Assembly: GCA_035290025.1 (NCBI GenBank)
Contig: DATDVL010000017.1
Coordinates: 1 to 51,310 of the forward strand
DNA from: Candidatus Nanoarchaeia archaeon
GTDB lineage: Archaea > Nanobdellota > Nanobdellia > SCGC-AAA011-G17 > DATDVL01
DNA length: 51,310 nt
Direction: 5' to 3'
The translations under genes were made by a program, and so were the position numbers. Shown piece after piece: positions 40,172 to 49,580 of the stretch. Within the stretch, counting starts at the first letter, position 1, and every line of letters begins with the position of its first letter. The notes below the pieces were generated by a model. It was not told the origin of the DNA, made no database searches, and saw nothing but the letters and a program-made list of their open reading frames with translations.

Positions 40172-41792
40172 ATAATTCTTTTATGTCTTTTCTTGCCACA
40201 CTTAAGAGGAGTCTTTTTTCGCTTCGTGCAACGTTTTTTCTTGTTTCTTCGAGGTGTTCTGGTGGTACAATAATGGTGTCAAATCCTATTTTTATCAAGA
40301 AGTCTAATAATTCATCGTCGAAGTTTCCTGCGATGCTTATTTCTATGTTGCGTATTTTGCATTCTTTGACGAGGTGGTGTAAGAGTTTGAGGTAGCCTTT
40401 GTGTTTGTAGTCGGGTTGTTCTGTTCCTTGGCTGTTGCGTGCGAGTTGTTGGTGGTTGACGATGATGAAGTCTATGCCTTCTCGTTCGATGTCGTCTAAG
40501 AGGTAGATCGTGCTGGGTGCTTCTACGGTGATGCCGAGTTCTATTTCTTCTAGGGGTTCTAGTCCTTCTTTTTTGAGTGCTTTTTTTGTTTGTTTGATGA
40601 TTTCTGTGCTGGGGGGGTTGGTGATGCTGATGCCGAGGTTGTTGTAGCCTTGGTCATGGAGTTGTCGTATGTGGGGTATGTCTGCTAGGTTAGTAAGTGC
40701 GTACCAGAGGTATTTTTGTTGGTAGTCTTGGATAATATTAGCTAGGTTATCAATGGAAAGTGTAGTATAGGCTCCGTCGCAGGTTTGGTATGCTGCAGGT
40801 GTTTGCAGGTAAGCGCTTATTTCGGTGATGGTCGTGGTGTCTTCTTTGGTTGTCTTTTGGTGTTCGTGGTGGTTGTTTGCTTGGGTGAGTGCTTGTTCTA
40901 TGAATGGTGGTTGCAGGTGGAATGGTTTGATGGTAAGGATAGTTAATTGGCTATTAGTAATGCCGAGTTCTATAGTTACAGGTTCTGGATTATAGTGTTT
41001 GATAGTTTTGTAGAGCTGTAGTATAATCTGTAATTCTTGGTCAGTGAGTTTTTGGTATGTTCCTTGGTAATAGATTGGTTTTTTGTTGAGTGTGCCGGTT
41101 ATGTGGTCTCTGCTGAGGAGGAAGTCTTGTCGGTTGATGGTTTTGGTGATGCCTTCAGGTGTTAGGGTATAAATGTCGGGTTGTATGAGCTTGGTTGTTA
41201 TTGCTTCGGGGTTGCCGAGTGCTGCTTCTATGATAGGTTGTTCTTCGTCGTGGATGATGCAGCTTTTTTCTAGGGTGACCATTTTTTGTATTAATAATTC
41301 TGGTGCTGTGTTGGGGAGTGTTGATAGCCATGCTTTTTTTATGGCTTCTAGGAGGTGTTCTTTTCCTTTGATGTGGTATTGTGTTGTTCCTTCTCCATTG
41401 ATAGTGCTTGTTCTGATGATGACGCGTGGTAGTTCTCTGCCTGTTTTTATGATATTGAGTGCTTCTTTGCTTAAGTGGTTGTAGATGTCTTGGTCGATGA
41501 ATAGTTGGTCGTATGCTTCGTAGAGTGCTTGTTGTAATGCTTCAGGGTAGGTTGCTTGTTGGTAGTGTTGGTGGTAGTTTTGGATGGTTTTGCTTATTGC
41601 TTCTTCATCGTCGGGGTTTATCGTTGCTGAGTCAGGAAGGTCTATAGTATTGTGCTGCAAGAATGCTTGGTAGGCTTCGGGTGTGATGACAAATCCTTGG
41701 GGTACGGGTAGTTTTTGTTCTGCAAGTTTGTTAAGAAGTTGTAGCTTTTCTGTGGTGAAATTGTTGGGTTGGTGGAGCCAGGCGATGTGCAT
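40170..41792 (-). CDS. PEP synthase/PPDK-like protein with ATP-grasp (PPDK_N) and PEP-utilizer TIM-barrel parts but no recognisable phospho-histidine swivel domain
   Basis: N-terminal blocks are LPVPQGFVITPEAYQAFL, VIIRTSTINGEG...LLEAIKKAWLS and LLIQKMV...EAALGNPEAI. The C-terminal block is ITVEAPS...DFIIVNHQQLARNSQG. 540 aa, and I find no GG-x-TSHAAI-type motif. Confidence 0.65.
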   Translation of the reverse strand: MHIAWLHQPNNFTTEKLQLLNKLAEQKLPVPQGFVITPEAYQAFLQHNTIDLPDSATINPDDEEAISKTIQNYHQHYQQATYPEALQQALYEAYDQLFIDQDIYNHLSKEALNIIKTGRELPRVIIRTSTINGEGTTQYHIKGKEHLLEAIKKAWLSTLPNTAPELLIQKMVTLEKSCIIHDEEQPIIEAALGNPEAITTKLIQPDIYTLTPEGITKTINRQDFLLSRDHITGTLNKKPIYYQGTYQKLTDQELQIILQLYKTIKHYNPEPVTIELGITNSQLTILTIKPFHLQPPFIEQALTQANNHHEHQKTTKEDTTTITEISAYLQTPAAYQTCDGAYTTLSIDNLANIIQDYQQKYLWYALTNLADIPHIRQLHDQGYNNLGISITNPPSTEIIKQTKKALKKEGLEPLEEIELGITVEAPSTIYLLDDIEREGIDFIIVNHQQLARNSQGTEQPDYKHKGYLKLLHHLVKECKIRNIEISIAGNFDDELLDFLIKIGFDTIIVPPEHLEETRKNVARSEKRLLLSVARKDIKEL

Positions 41793-41832
41793 AGGCTTTT
41801 GTTGAGTAGGGGGACTTATAAAAAGTTATTTG

Positions 41833-42474
41833 TTAGATGCTGCTTATGAGTTCTGGTGTTACGTCTTGTATGGTTCCTAGGATTATGGTTGCTAGTGAGA
41901 AGTCGTGGTATTGTGTTCTCGTAGTAGGTATGGCTATGCTTTTCATGCCTGCTGCGTGTGCTGCTTGTATACCTTTTTGTGCGTCGTCAATAACGACGAG
42001 TTGTGTTGGTGCTAGGTGTAATCGTTGGGCTGCAAGGTGTAATGCTTCAGGGTCGGGTTTGCTTTTGGTCACGTCGTCTTTGGTGATGATTGTTCTAAAG
42101 TAGTGTTCTATACCCATGAGTTGGAGTGATAGTCTGACGTCTGCACTGAATGATCCGCTGGCGACTGCTAGGGGGTAATGGGCATGAAGTGTTTGTACGA
42201 CAATGTCTGATTGGTTGAAGGGTACAAGGTGTTTTCGTAAGAGTTCGTGGTAAAGTGTTCTTCGTTCTCTACGCAGTTGGGTAATGTCTACAGTTGCTCC
42301 TTGTTGTTTGACAAAATCTGCTAAGTCTCCCCCATTCTTTACCCAGAATTCATAATAGTATTTTTCTGTTAGGGGTATGCCGTGGTGTGCTAACATTTCT
42401 ATGGTGCTGCTGCAGTGATGAGGTTCTGTTTCTGCAAGAAGGTCGTCATGATCAAAGATTATTCCTCGTGCCAT
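41833..42474 (-). CDS. HAD-superfamily hydrolase (subfamily IA, beta-phosphoglucomutase-like)
   Basis: Motif I is GIIFDHDDLL. VASGS is motif II-like. Motif III/IV is KSKPDPEALHLAAQRL...VVIDDAQKGIQAAHAAGM. Confidence 0.75.
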   Translation of the reverse strand: MARGIIFDHDDLLAETEPHHCSSTIEMLAHHGIPLTEKYYYEFWVKNGGDLADFVKQQGATVDITQLRRERRTLYHELLRKHLVPFNQSDIVVQTLHAHYPLAVASGSFSADVRLSLQLMGIEHYFRTIITKDDVTKSKPDPEALHLAAQRLHLAPTQLVVIDDAQKGIQAAHAAGMKSIAIPTTRTQYHDFSLATIILGTIQDVTPELISSI

Positions 42475-43175
42475 TAGGGTGTTATACCCATAGAGTAACG
42501 GAAGAAGACACGTTGTCCTGGTTGGAGTACTGCTGGTTGTTCTTCTACAGGCGTTGGGTATTCTATTCTGCAGACAATGCCTCTATGAGTTTTTGATTCG
42601 TCTACAAATTTTTTAGTGAGTTCTGGTTTGCCATGGGTATCAGCTATGAGTTTTCCTGTAACGCCGCATCCTTCTTGTTGTGCGTGGCGTACGAGTACGG
42701 CGATGGGTGGTTTTGGTTGTTGTGATATTCCGGGTGGTGCTATGACGAAATAGGTTTCTTGGGGTGCTGCTGTTAGTGAGTAGTCTTGACCATCGTCTCG
42801 TTCAATGACGATGTTTGCTCCTAATAATTCTGGTGTTATTGCTACGCCAAGTCGTTCTGATAAAACTCTGCAGTCATATCCTGATACTGCAAAAATATGT
42901 CTATGTTCTCTAATGCTTGTTCCTTTGTGGTAGAGTTCTCGTTCTCTTCCTGTTGATAGAGTAAATGATCGGTGGTGGCGGTCTGCAAGTATTCCTAAGC
43001 AATCAATGCTTAGTCGGTCTACTTCTTGTGTTAAGGAGTAAGCATTGCCTGAGGTTTGACCAGCTGCTAGTACGCGGGTAATAACTCCTTGTTCTGGCAA
43101 GTTTGCTGTTGCTAATATTGCTAGTCTTGCTTGTTGTCCTGTGATGTAGTCATTGAGTGTCGGGTAAAACTTCAT
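42474..43175 (-). CDS. hypothetical protein, possibly MOSC-domain-like
   Basis: GILADRHH...LGANIVIE...EGCGVTG loosely follows the MOSC pattern. Weak call. Confidence 0.4.
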   Translation of the reverse strand: MKFYPTLNDYITGQQARLAILATANLPEQGVITRVLAAGQTSGNAYSLTQEVDRLSIDCLGILADRHHRSFTLSTGRERELYHKGTSIREHRHIFAVSGYDCRVLSERLGVAITPELLGANIVIERDDGQDYSLTAAPQETYFVIAPPGISQQPKPPIAVLVRHAQQEGCGVTGKLIADTHGKPELTKKFVDESKTHRGIVCRIEYPTPVEEQPAVLQPGQRVFFRYSMGITP

Positions 43176-43215
43176 GATCAGTCGAGGATTAGTTTCTTTT
43201 TAAGAATTGTGAATC

Positions 43216-43758
43216 TTATTGTCTTCCTGTTACAGGTTTTGGTCCTTCGCTGACGGCTATCTGCCAGTGTCCGGGTAGTCGTGAGTTTGCTTTTTGTAGT
43301 ACTGCTCGTGCTTTGTCAATGTCGTTTTTGTCGACGTGGATGCTGAAAAGTATTTTTCCTCGGTGTGCTTGTACGGCTACTCCTTCGGGTTTTCCAAAGG
43401 CGTGTGCCATACCCTGGCTCATACGGTCTGCTCCTGCGCCGGTGAGTGCTTTGTGTTCTCGTACGACATGGTGGGGGTAGCCTCTGATGAGCAGGATGAA
43501 GTTTTTCCCTAGGTTTGCTTCTAAGTGTCTGGTGAGTATTTGACGTGCGCTTTCGAGTGCGTTGTGGCGTACTTGGATGTCGTCTTTTGAGATGTAGTCT
43601 AGTTGGTGGGTGAATGTTCTGGTAATGTCTCCGAAGATGAATCGTACGATTTTGCTGTGGGGTACTGCTTTGACATAACCTTTGCTTTTGAACTTACTTT
43701 TTCTGGTGTAGGCTCGTTTTATCTTTCTGATTGTGTGTCCGGGTCGTAGTCCTGCCAT
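43216..43758 (-). CDS. rpl10e: 50S ribosomal protein L10e (uL16)
   Basis: MAGLRPGHTIRKIKRAYTRKSKF...VRFIFGD and GMAHAFGKPEG blocks are present. Confidence 0.9.
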   Translation of the reverse strand: MAGLRPGHTIRKIKRAYTRKSKFKSKGYVKAVPHSKIVRFIFGDITRTFTHQLDYISKDDIQVRHNALESARQILTRHLEANLGKNFILLIRGYPHHVVREHKALTGAGADRMSQGMAHAFGKPEGVAVQAHRGKILFSIHVDKNDIDKARAVLQKANSRLPGHWQIAVSEGPKPVTGRQ

Positions 43759-44021
43759 TATTGTACCTCAACGATGGTGCCTATGGCTTGGCCTGGCATG
43801 CCTCGTTCAAAGATGACGCTCATGGCTCCGTTGTTGCCGTGAACTCTGCTGATATGTCCATTAATGCTTTTGTCTTTTCCGCCAGGTGTTTTCCAGGTGA
43901 CTTTTTTCCCAAGGTAGGTTGCTGCTTTTTTCTTGTCAACCCCAGGTATTTTGATGATCATTTGTCGTTCTTGCTGGGTTGTTTTTCCTCTGCGGAAGTT
44001 AGTAATAAGTGCTTGGACCAT
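43758..44021 (-). CDS. rpl35ae: 50S ribosomal protein L35Ae
   Basis: Only the last 87 codons of ORF 43758-44498 are used: MVQALITNFRRGKTTQQERQMIIKIPGVD...GHISRVHGNNGAMSVIFERGMPGQAIG. TATA tttataaa lies about 30 nt upstream of the ATG at 44021. Confidence 0.85.
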   Translation of the reverse strand: MVQALITNFRRGKTTQQERQMIIKIPGVDKKKAATYLGKKVTWKTPGGKDKSINGHISRVHGNNGAMSVIFERGMPGQAIGTIVEVQ

Positions 44022-44139
44022 GGTACCTTTGTTCCTGAAAATTTGCTTTATAAACATTGCGATGAGTATGCTGGACTGTAGAACCGACATCTTTTTAAAG
44101 AAGAAAGAATACAATGTAACCATTATTAAGGAGTAAAGA

Positions 44140-45129
44140 ATGAACAAAAAAGTACTTACTGTTGCAACGCTTGCTTCTGTCGTAGGCGCTTTTGCATTAA
44201 CGGAAATGAATGATAGTCTTAGAGATAATGCTCCTATGCCTGTGGTTCTAGAAGCAGAAGATGTTGTGCCTGAGCAAGTGCCTGAAGATATTCCTAGTGT
44301 TATTGTGCCAGTTGTTGAGCCAGTCCCTGAGGCTCTACCTGTAGTCCCTCCTGTCAGTCCTGTTCCTGTTGTGCCCATCGTGCCTCCGCAAGAAACATAC
44401 GCACAAATGGTTGCAAGATTAACAAATGAGTTTGATGTTATTGAAAAGTGTGAGCCCGTGAATAATAATGTGTATACATTGCGTTTTAGAAAAGTCATTG
44501 GCGTTGATACCCAGGGTGTTGCTGAGGCTGATGTCTATGAGTTCTTATCTGGTGTAAGGAAAAGTAAGAAGCTACGTGTTACGTATGAAACTGTTGAAGA
44601 AGATTTTACAGGTGTTTTGGTTGCGCCAGGTGATTTGGAATTAACAACTGATGTACTTGCTTCTGGTAATGATTACTTGTTTAGTGGTGTGCATTTGAAA
44701 AATGGTGTGTTCTGTCTTAATGATGGTAGGCCTATTGATTTTGAAGAGACTATTGATATCTTGCTGGGACAGGCTGCTTATAAAGAAGCTTTAAAAAATC
44801 CTCCGCAAAAGGTTGTAGTCACAGATAGCCCTGTAATTAAAGACGTAGTCCAGCCAGTAGCTGTGCAGCCAAAAGTACAACGAGAAAAAAGTTCTTTGGA
44901 GAGGGTTATCGATTCTATTCCTTTCATTTCATTGCTAGGCAATAAAAAAGATGATAAGCCTGCTGATCCCGCGCCTACACAGGATGTTCAAATGGTACCT
45001 CCCTGTCCACAGGTGTACTTGCCCGTTCCTCAAAGTAATATTCATGATGTTGCAAAGTATTCTTCAAGTGCTAGCAGGTATGGCATTCAATGGGTGAAGA
45101 AGCCTTTCCCTGATAGTAGTAAGAAATAG
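44140..45129 (+). CDS. secreted protein with Pro/Val-rich linker (329 aa)
   Basis: SD aaggag. Signal peptide MNKKVLTVATLASVVGAFA, then PVVPEQVPEDIPSVIVPVVEPVPEALPVVPPVSPVPVVPIVPP. Composition departs from the window-wide skew. Confidence 0.5.
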   Translation: MNKKVLTVATLASVVGAFALTEMNDSLRDNAPMPVVLEAEDVVPEQVPEDIPSVIVPVVEPVPEALPVVPPVSPVPVVPIVPPQETYAQMVARLTNEFDVIEKCEPVNNNVYTLRFRKVIGVDTQGVAEADVYEFLSGVRKSKKLRVTYETVEEDFTGVLVAPGDLELTTDVLASGNDYLFSGVHLKNGVFCLNDGRPIDFEETIDILLGQAAYKEALKNPPQKVVVTDSPVIKDVVQPVAVQPKVQREKSSLERVIDSIPFISLLGNKKDDKPADPAPTQDVQMVPPCPQVYLPVPQSNIHDVAKYSSSASRYGIQWVKKPFPDSSKK

Positions 45130-46971
45130 TTATTTTCCTAGTTGTATTTCTAAGTCGTTGCCGTAGAGTTTTTTGAGGTCTTCGAAGAGTTGTTCTTTGA
45201 TGAATGTTCTTGTTGGTATTTTCATGTTGGCGAGTGCGTGTTCTAGTGCTTGGAAGTTGCTTTCTTGTATGGGTGTGATGCCTCCTTCGGCGGTAATGGT
45301 TGCTTTGTTGACTTTCTTTTCTCCTTCTAGGCTTTCTTCTACAAGGAAGGCTTCTTGTTCTAGGAGGTAAATGTCTGCGTATTTTTCTCCGTATTTTATT
45401 CTTATGCGTGCTCGTTCTAGTTCTACTGCTTTTTTTCTTTGGATGTGTTCTGCGAGTATGCGTACTAAAAACATGTTTTCTCTGATGATCTTGTTTTGTT
45501 CAAAGCGTGTGATACTTTTTCCTAGTCGTTGGATATTGGCAAGGTTTTTCTTGAAGGTTTCTGGTACGATATGTTGTTTGATAACACTGGCATAGTCTTT
45601 TTCTAGGTTGCCTGTTGCTTTTATTTTTTCTTCTTTGAGGACGTCTTGGAGTGCTGTTTCGAAACTTTTTTTGAATTCTTGTACTGCTTGTTTGTCTGCT
45701 CGTTTTTCTATTTGTTTGAATAATTGGTCGATGCGTTTCAAGTAAGCTTCAGTGTCTGCGAGTAGTTTGTCGAGTTCTTTGCCGCTGATTTCGGTGACGG
45801 TACCATGTTCTATGTCTTTGTAGTATTTGCGTATTCTTTCTAGGGTGTCAACGTATTTTTGTTCTAGGATTTTTTCTTTTTTGACGAAGAGTTCTTCTAA
45901 GAGTTTGACGGTTTCTTTCGGTGTGGGTGGTGGTATCCCGTACATCATGAGTGCTGCTTGGCTGGGGTTGAGTACGGCGTAGTAGATGTCTTCTGCGACG
46001 ATGCTGATGACTCTTCCTTTTGCTCTGTTGACGAGTCGTGTTCCCATATCCATGAACATGTCAATAGCTTCGGGGCTTGGTTTGATGCGTCCCATTTCTA
46101 GGAGGAGTTTCCAGGGCATGAATGTTCCTCGGTCGTAGAGTGGCACACCATCGCGGAGGAAGGTGAAGATGACAGGGTTTGCTTCTTTGATGCTTTCCCA
46201 GTAGTCAGTGAGGATATAGACTTGTATGTGGAAACTTTTTTTGACGCCGGTGATTGCTGATGCTTCATAACCCATGCTTCTGATAATGGCGCCGAGTTTG
46301 TCGCGGAGTTCTGCTCTGCTCATGCGTTTGACGTCGGTATCATCAATGATGACTGCTACATCAATGTCATTGCTTTTTGCGTCTCCGCGGAATAAACTTC
46401 CTACGGCTACGTAACTGACGACATATTTTTCGAACTTTTTTATAACCATACTTTTGTGTACTTCGCTGATGCGTAGTGCTGCTAGGAGGTCTTTGGGATC
46501 GTAGATGGGTGCTGACATACCGATGAGTTTCATGACTTCGTATTTTGCGTCGAACAAGCTTTCTCGTAGTTCTGTTAAGAGCATGACTTCTGGTTTGATG
46601 TTTTTGTCAATTTCTAGTGCTATTTTATCCATGATGACTAAGAGTTTGTCGCGGAGTTCGTACTTGTTCATCTTGTCGCTTTCAGAATCGTCAATAAGGA
46701 CGAAGACACTGATATCATTGGGGTTCGGTACGGGTGTTCCAGGTGGTGTTTGGTAGCCTTGTTCAAAAGGTTGTTTCTCTGGTGGTAGTAAAGAAATGCC
46801 TAAGATGTACTTGTCGAATTTTTCTAGTATTTTTGTTTTGAAGGTTTCTAGTTTTGTTTTTATGACGTCGTATTTTTGTTTCATATCATCAGTTATGGGT
46901 GGTAGTTTTGCACTGAGGTCATCGGCGGGTGTTGGAGAAGGTGGTGTCTCTATTTTCTTCTTAGACGTCAT
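45130..46971 (-). CDS. large nucleotidyltransferase-domain protein (degenerate + intact NTase modules, helical C-terminus)
   Basis: The intact NTase motif is VAVGSLFRGDAKSNDIDVAVIIDD. An upstream degenerate copy reads ISVFVLIDDSESD. The segment PWKLLLEMGRIKPSPEAIDMF...NPSQAALMMYGIPPPTPKE parallels 37023-37847. Confidence 0.6.
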   Translation of the reverse strand: MTSKKKIETPPSPTPADDLSAKLPPITDDMKQKYDVIKTKLETFKTKILEKFDKYILGISLLPPEKQPFEQGYQTPPGTPVPNPNDISVFVLIDDSESDKMNKYELRDKLLVIMDKIALEIDKNIKPEVMLLTELRESLFDAKYEVMKLIGMSAPIYDPKDLLAALRISEVHKSMVIKKFEKYVVSYVAVGSLFRGDAKSNDIDVAVIIDDTDVKRMSRAELRDKLGAIIRSMGYEASAITGVKKSFHIQVYILTDYWESIKEANPVIFTFLRDGVPLYDRGTFMPWKLLLEMGRIKPSPEAIDMFMDMGTRLVNRAKGRVISIVAEDIYYAVLNPSQAALMMYGIPPPTPKETVKLLEELFVKKEKILEQKYVDTLERIRKYYKDIEHGTVTEISGKELDKLLADTEAYLKRIDQLFKQIEKRADKQAVQEFKKSFETALQDVLKEEKIKATGNLEKDYASVIKQHIVPETFKKNLANIQRLGKSITRFEQNKIIRENMFLVRILAEHIQRKKAVELERARIRIKYGEKYADIYLLEQEAFLVEESLEGEKKVNKATITAEGGITPIQESNFQALEHALANMKIPTRTFIKEQLFEDLKKLYGNDLEIQLGK

Positions 46972-47046
46972 GATTGAAGGTCTGCTAAGGGTTTATTTAA
47001 ACGTTTCGGCAAAAGCTTTTTGTAGACAAGCCTCTTCTTTTTAGGT

Positions 47047-48639
47047 ATGGATAGTGCTCAAATAGAGAAAGAGTTTCTCGCTGCTCGTCGTTCGCATAAC
47101 CGTTGGTTTTGGGCTTCTCGCCTTGCGGGTGTTGGTTTAGGTGTGCATTATGGGGGTCTGGTACATGATGCTCCTGATAAAGCATTACTTGCCAGTGGTT
47201 TGGGGTATTTGTTGGCTGATTCCTTGTGGGCTATGTGTCTGCGTTCGTGGAATCCTTTTGATGTTATTCGCCGTTTCCATGTTGCTTATCAGATGATGCA
47301 GCAGCGTGATGGTGAAGAAATGCATATGTCCTTGCGAGAGGCAGTGAAGAATAGTAAAGACCCTTTTAAGGTGTTGGAGGAGCGTGCAGAGCATGCAATA
47401 ATTGATGGTGATCTTGATGAGTCTTTTTTGTTGGCTCGTGAGGGGTATCGTTTGCGTGCTAAGTATCCTTTGCGTCGTGGTTTTTTTGATCGGGTACTAC
47501 CCCTATTAAGTTGGGGTTTAGTGTATGGTCTGTCTTATCATATGCCAAATCGTTTAGCTAATGATCTTTCGTTGATTCGTTCTGCAACAAAGCAGTCTCT
47601 TTTGCACCCTTTTATTAGTCATTGTTTTGATCGTGCGCTTGAGCATAGTCCACAATACAGTCCTGAATTGGATTTGTTGCGTGCGTTGTGGTTTGAGTCA
47701 GTACATGATGATCGTTCAACTGTTTTTCTTCGTCGTAGTCTTGATGGTTTAATGCAGCGTGACAATCTTTCTTTTGTAAGTGACTTTTCTCATCGTAATG
47801 AGACGTTATTGTTTCAGGGTAGTTCTTTGTTGGGTGATGCTTATTTTTTTAAGCGTGCGCAGGATGCTGGTCGTTTGCAGAATGAGTTTGTTATTGCCAA
47901 GGGTTTGTGTGAACAGGTACAACATGATAATTATGATACTCATGCGGTATGTGAAGAACCGTTAGGGCTGTTTGATGTTGGTGGTACAGTTCTGGTGACT
48001 CGTCGTGTTAATCGTCCTTCCTTGGATGAATTATTAGTTGATGGTCAGAATATTGATAATGAGTATGTTTCTGCGGTACAAAATAGTCTGGTTATTGCTG
48101 CTGCGGGTGAGTCATTGAAGGATGGTTTGTCTGTTCATGATTATCATGAGGAGTTTTCTCGTCGTGTTGTTCGTCGTTGGCATGTTGACCCTTTAGAGTA
48201 TGATCCTTTTTTGTCTCGTTTAGAAAGTTTATCTAATGCTCTACCTAAAGTGTTTGCGCATCGTGATGCTGCGTTGAGTAATGTTTTGCAGGGTGGTGTG
48301 TGGGTTGATTTTGAGACTGCAGGTAGTGCTGATCCCTTATTGGATGTTGCTTCTTTGTCAGTGATGGCTGTTGATGGTGCTCGTTTCTTTGAGCGTGTTT
48401 GGCCGTTGCTTGCTTCGCAGTATCCGTCGTTGCCGCGGAGTTCTGCTGAGGAGTTGTTTTATCGTGTTCGTGTGCATAATGGTTTGTGTCAGATTGCTGC
48501 TGCTTCTGAGCGTCGTGCTCCTCATGACGATTTTCGTATGCAGTGGTGTTCTTTGAGTGTTCGTGCTTCTGCTCGGCAGATAAGTAGTGGGTTGCTTGAT
48601 ATGGTTGAGAAGTATGTTACTCCTGTTCTTGTAAGTTGA
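47047..48639 (+). CDS. protein-kinase-like (APH/choline-kinase-type) fold protein with N-terminal hydrophobic/helical region
   Basis: The C-terminal half carries YFFKR (Lys), FAHRDAALSNVL (catalytic-loop HRD..N) and VWVDFETAG (DFG-like). aaagcttttt lies 25 nt upstream of the ATG. Confidence 0.5.
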   Translation: MDSAQIEKEFLAARRSHNRWFWASRLAGVGLGVHYGGLVHDAPDKALLASGLGYLLADSLWAMCLRSWNPFDVIRRFHVAYQMMQQRDGEEMHMSLREAVKNSKDPFKVLEERAEHAIIDGDLDESFLLAREGYRLRAKYPLRRGFFDRVLPLLSWGLVYGLSYHMPNRLANDLSLIRSATKQSLLHPFISHCFDRALEHSPQYSPELDLLRALWFESVHDDRSTVFLRRSLDGLMQRDNLSFVSDFSHRNETLLFQGSSLLGDAYFFKRAQDAGRLQNEFVIAKGLCEQVQHDNYDTHAVCEEPLGLFDVGGTVLVTRRVNRPSLDELLVDGQNIDNEYVSAVQNSLVIAAAGESLKDGLSVHDYHEEFSRRVVRRWHVDPLEYDPFLSRLESLSNALPKVFAHRDAALSNVLQGGVWVDFETAGSADPLLDVASLSVMAVDGARFFERVWPLLASQYPSLPRSSAEELFYRVRVHNGLCQIAAASERRAPHDDFRMQWCSLSVRASARQISSGLLDMVEKYVTPVLVS

Positions 48640-49528
48640 TGATTGCTTCTGTTCCGTTCGTGTCGAAAATATTTTCTATGAGCATGGCGAAGTAGTTGAG
48701 GTGGTGTGTTTCTTGTTTGTTTGCTTTTTCTTGTGTTGTTTGTAGTTGTGTTAGTAGTTTTTTTCTTGTGGTGCCGAAGTGCTCATAATTGGTGTGGTTG
48801 AATTTGTTGTGTAAGTGGTACAGTTCTTGGAGGTAGCTGTTGATGACTTGGTAGAGTGCTAAGTGTTCCTTGTTCATTGCTGTTTTGTTGGTGCTTAAGT
48901 GTTTGCTGAGGTCTCGGTAAATATCTCCTAGTCGTTCGAGTTGTTCTACAATGTAGTAGTGTGCATTGCTGTTGTTGATATGGTTCGTGTTGAGTATTCT
49001 TCTGCAGATGTCACAATACTTGTTTTGTGTTTTGTCTCGTTGGGTGATGTGGTAAAGGTTTTCTTGGTCGTTGTTTTTTGCTGCTTCGTAGGCTTCTTGG
49101 CTTGTTGCTATGAGGAAGAGGAATGTTCTGTTAAGGACGCTTTCGTAGGTTTCTTCTTGTAAGGGGCTTATTTGTCGGAGGGTAATTGTAGTGGGTGTTT
49201 GTTCAAGTACTTCCATGCCCGTCCATGATTGGGTGATAGAGTCGTAATGTTTGATGAGGTGTGCGTGGTCAGGGAAGAGTATTTTTATGGTGGTGTAGCC
49301 TTTTTTGTAGCATGCTCCTATGGTTCTGTTGAGCATGGTGTCGAGGTTTTCTGCGTTGATGATAATCGTTTTTTCTTTTTTCTTGTCTTCAAGGTTAATG
49401 GTGAGTGTTTTTCCTTCTGTGGTGATGTTGACAGCATCTCCTTTTTTTAGTTGGTGTTCTTTTGCCCAAGCGCTGGGTATGCTGATCATTAAAGTGCTTG
49501 GTCCTATCTTTGCTAGTTTACGTTGCAT
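48617..49528 (-). CDS. AbrB/SpoVT-domain plus PhoU-domain regulator (archaeal phosphate uptake regulator type)
   Basis: The N-terminal AbrB-like swapped hairpin is MQRKLAKIGPSTLMISIPSAWAKEHQLKKGDAV. It is followed by two PhoU-like helical repeats. Confidence 0.75.
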   Translation of the reverse strand: MQRKLAKIGPSTLMISIPSAWAKEHQLKKGDAVNITTEGKTLTINLEDKKKEKTIIINAENLDTMLNRTIGACYKKGYTTIKILFPDHAHLIKHYDSITQSWTGMEVLEQTPTTITLRQISPLQEETYESVLNRTFLFLIATSQEAYEAAKNNDQENLYHITQRDKTQNKYCDICRRILNTNHINNSNAHYYIVEQLERLGDIYRDLSKHLSTNKTAMNKEHLALYQVINSYLQELYHLHNKFNHTNYEHFGTTRKKLLTQLQTTQEKANKQETHHLNYFAMLIENIFDTNGTEAIINLQEQE

Positions 49529-49580
49529 TATAATTTTAGGGTTATTGTATATATTTATAGTTTCTGTTTATAGAATTATT

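Noticed and set aside
44022-44498. N-terminal 159 codons of ORF 43758-44498, with Gly/Thr-rich repeats (GTTGTGLTGGTTGRASGTGSTTGT).
   Set aside because: This is the antisense of the Pro/Val-rich linker of the plus-strand gene 44140-45129. Only the last 87 codons match L35Ae, and a TATA box sits at correct spacing for the ATG at 44021.
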